DNA of 63,835 nt, counting the filler, from Licmophora abbreviata (taxonomy: Eukaryota): NCBI GenBank assembly GCA_900291995.1. It is 31 parts of 31 records of this genome, joined end to end, with 100 filler letters (N's around TTAATTAATTAA, not from the genome) between each part and the next. Parts side by side here need not be neighbours in the genome. Positions count along the whole stretch, not along the records: positions 61,734 to 63,835 come from OLMU01006460.1; 30 more parts are not named here. One strand, written 5' to 3'. This document shows, piece by piece, positions 61,734 through 63,835 of this stretch. A program made the translations under genes and the position numbers. The stretch's first letter is position 1; each line of letters opens with the position of its first letter. The notes under the pieces were generated by a model, which worked only from the letters and a program-made list of their open reading frames with translations, had not been told where the DNA came from and ran no database searches.

Positions 61734-63546
61734 AAGGTTCGCTAAGTCGTCTGCATTATACTGGTAGATGCACTCAAGAAGCTTTCGAAAAGCAATTGCG
61801 TAGTCACAATGTGTGTCACGGAGCGTTTTGGAGATTCGTTTGATGAAATGAAAGAGACCAAGCCGCCCAACAAGGTCTGGACCGAAAATTAACTTCCAGA
61901 AAGGCTCACCTTTGGGCCAAATATCAGAGTATATGACCTTGGGGCTGAAGCCGGGACGACGTGCCAGACTTTCAGTTGCGTGGGCGATCTCCTTTGCGGC
62001 GGTTGTTGTCACCAGAACTGTTGACGCAATCTCTCCAGTATTGACAGAAATGTTGCACACAGCTTTCACTCCAAGCTTCTTGGGGTAGTTCTTTGCGGTG
62101 TCAAACGTCCAGTCCACCGCGATACTGGAGTCGCACTTGACGCTCTGAATCTCTCTCATGTGGCGTTCGTAGTCCGAGACGTTGCAGAGAGTGAGGGATG
62201 AACGCGCTGCTTCATCTCTTAGATCCCGCAAGTACCTACCCTCGGGTGGATAGTGACCAATCCACTCGGCGAGTTTTGGAAATGGAAGGATCGGCTTCAA
62301 GCATGCGTCATCCGGCACAGGTCATAGTAGCTCGCCTCCCTCAGCTCATGTGCCTTTCCCATTTTTTCGACGAGCGACTTTGCAATAATGTCAGCATTGC
62401 GTGTGTGAGTGACAGCATACTGAACCAATCCATAAAGTTGCGACTGAAATGGAACGTTCCGGTTGCATATCGCGGGTCCACAGGGTATAGTTTCTGCATG
62501 GGAAGCGGGAGCGAGTGTATAAGCTCGCCATTGTTTCCATTCACACGCTTGCCGCACGTTTTGCACTGATAGATCATCGAGCACACCCAACTTGTCTCTC
62601 CCGAGAGCCGGTAGATAGGAGTGAGAGTGCGAGACTTAGTGAAGTCCCAACGGTCGTGAATCAACTCTCCTGCACAAGTTGGATCAGTGCATCCGAGGCC
62701 GATCCCCGGCGAAATTAACTCCCAACGGATGAAGTAGACGGTCAATCCCTCAATGGCATTGTAGTAGGGACTCGGTGCAACTTCCAATCCCTCCTCTGGG
62801 AACGTAATTGATGCTGATTTCCCGATATGCTTTTCGTACCAAGTCATCGCCTCGGTCGCTCGTTCTGTGCCAGGAATTTCATTGGAGTCGCTCTTGAACC
62901 TTTCCGGAAACCGCGACAGTAGATAATCTACCATCTCACAAATCGCGATTGGGGCAGCTTTTGACTTCAAGGAACTTGCGCTCTTCTTCTGGTTCCCAAG
63001 CTCCTCCATTCGCTTGTCAAGTACAGCGCGAAATTCAGCGGCCCCCATGACGGCCATTTCCATCGATTTTTTTGACATACTGCCACCAACGATTCTCTTC
63101 ACCGGCGGTCGACGCTTCCGAAAAAAAAGATCGATCTGGTCCTGATTCTTGATGGGTCGACACCTCTCGTGCTCGGTGAGCGGCAGGAACGCTACAAGCT
63201 GAGGCGCGCACAACTCTTCCACCTGACGAGGTTTCTTTCGCCCTTTGGAGCACTTCTCGTGATGGGATCGCTTCGGGGGTGTCTTGCCGATCGCTACTGC
63301 TCTGCACACGACGCAGTGTTTCGTAGGATCGAATTCTTCCTGCTCCTCCTCCTCTGAAAATTTGGATGCTCGTTTAAGTTGATGTCTGCGTTTCTCGCGG
63401 ATTGCTTGGGTTCCTTTCTTGCGCCACTGACTCTGCACTCCCATCTGACCTGCGTCTTTGTTTTCCTTATCGTGGTCGATCCTTCTTTGTTCCGGCTCCT
63501 CTGGAGCAGCTGAAAGCCCGAAGTATTGAAGAATATCCGACTGCAT
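61734..63546 (-). mobile_element. Degenerate DDE-like transposase of uncertain superfamily
   Basis: CxxC motifs, VDWTF, YSDIWP, GLFHFIKRI; frameshifts near 62400 and 62320. Confidence 0.55.
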
Positions 63547-63835
63547 CGCTGCTGGCTGGGTAAGAAGGGATCCTCACGCTCCCTTGTTCTTCAACAGGAA
63601 TCGCTGCTTCAGCTTTGATGGTGATGAGGTCTCCGACTTGGGGATGGCACATTAAGTTGAAGCTTGAAAGTGGCATTTCGGACTCTCTCTCTGGCGCAAA
63701 GACAGCGCGATCTTGGTCCACTTCCCCTGAACCTATGGCTAAGGCACTAGCAAATTCGAGAAATTCAATAACTAAAAGAATAAAATTCATAAGTACTAGA
63801 AATATCATCTCTCTTCTGATTGGTTGGATTTAGCG

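Noticed and set aside
1..63835. Gene neighbourhoods or an operon-like system spanning contigs, such as RT next to recombinase and transposase
   Set aside because: Contig order is arbitrary; only linkage within a contig counts.

Overview
This window is not one locus. It is 31 short contigs (about 1-2.4 kb each) joined by an artificial 100-nt spacer (44 N + TTAATTAATTAA + 44 N), so adjacency across spacers has no biological meaning. The content fits a diatom (photosynthetic stramenopile) assembly: nuclear genes with short GT-AG introns, two AT-rich red-lineage plastid fragments (rpl35-rpl20-ycf45 and cbbX-ycf39-ycf41), and many transposon pieces (Ty1/copia CoDi-like LTR elements, a DIRS/Ngaro-like tyrosine-recombinase retroelement, two MULE transposases, a LINE, and other DDE-like fragments). 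The two strongest leads are (1) a copia gag-pol junction where a single in-frame UGA-C is followed immediately by a long GC-rich stem-loop, a candidate programmed stop-codon readthrough signal, and (2) a spliced, divergent tyrosine recombinase gene (Crypton-like or domesticated) that the ORF track splits into three pieces. Other leads are an AWPM-19-like protein (a family known from land plants), a signal-peptide-bearing ANTH protein, a candidate half-tRNA primer binding site, and a UUUUUUA site at a -1 frame break in ESCO/Eco1. All family assignments come from motif recognition by eye; no searches were run.
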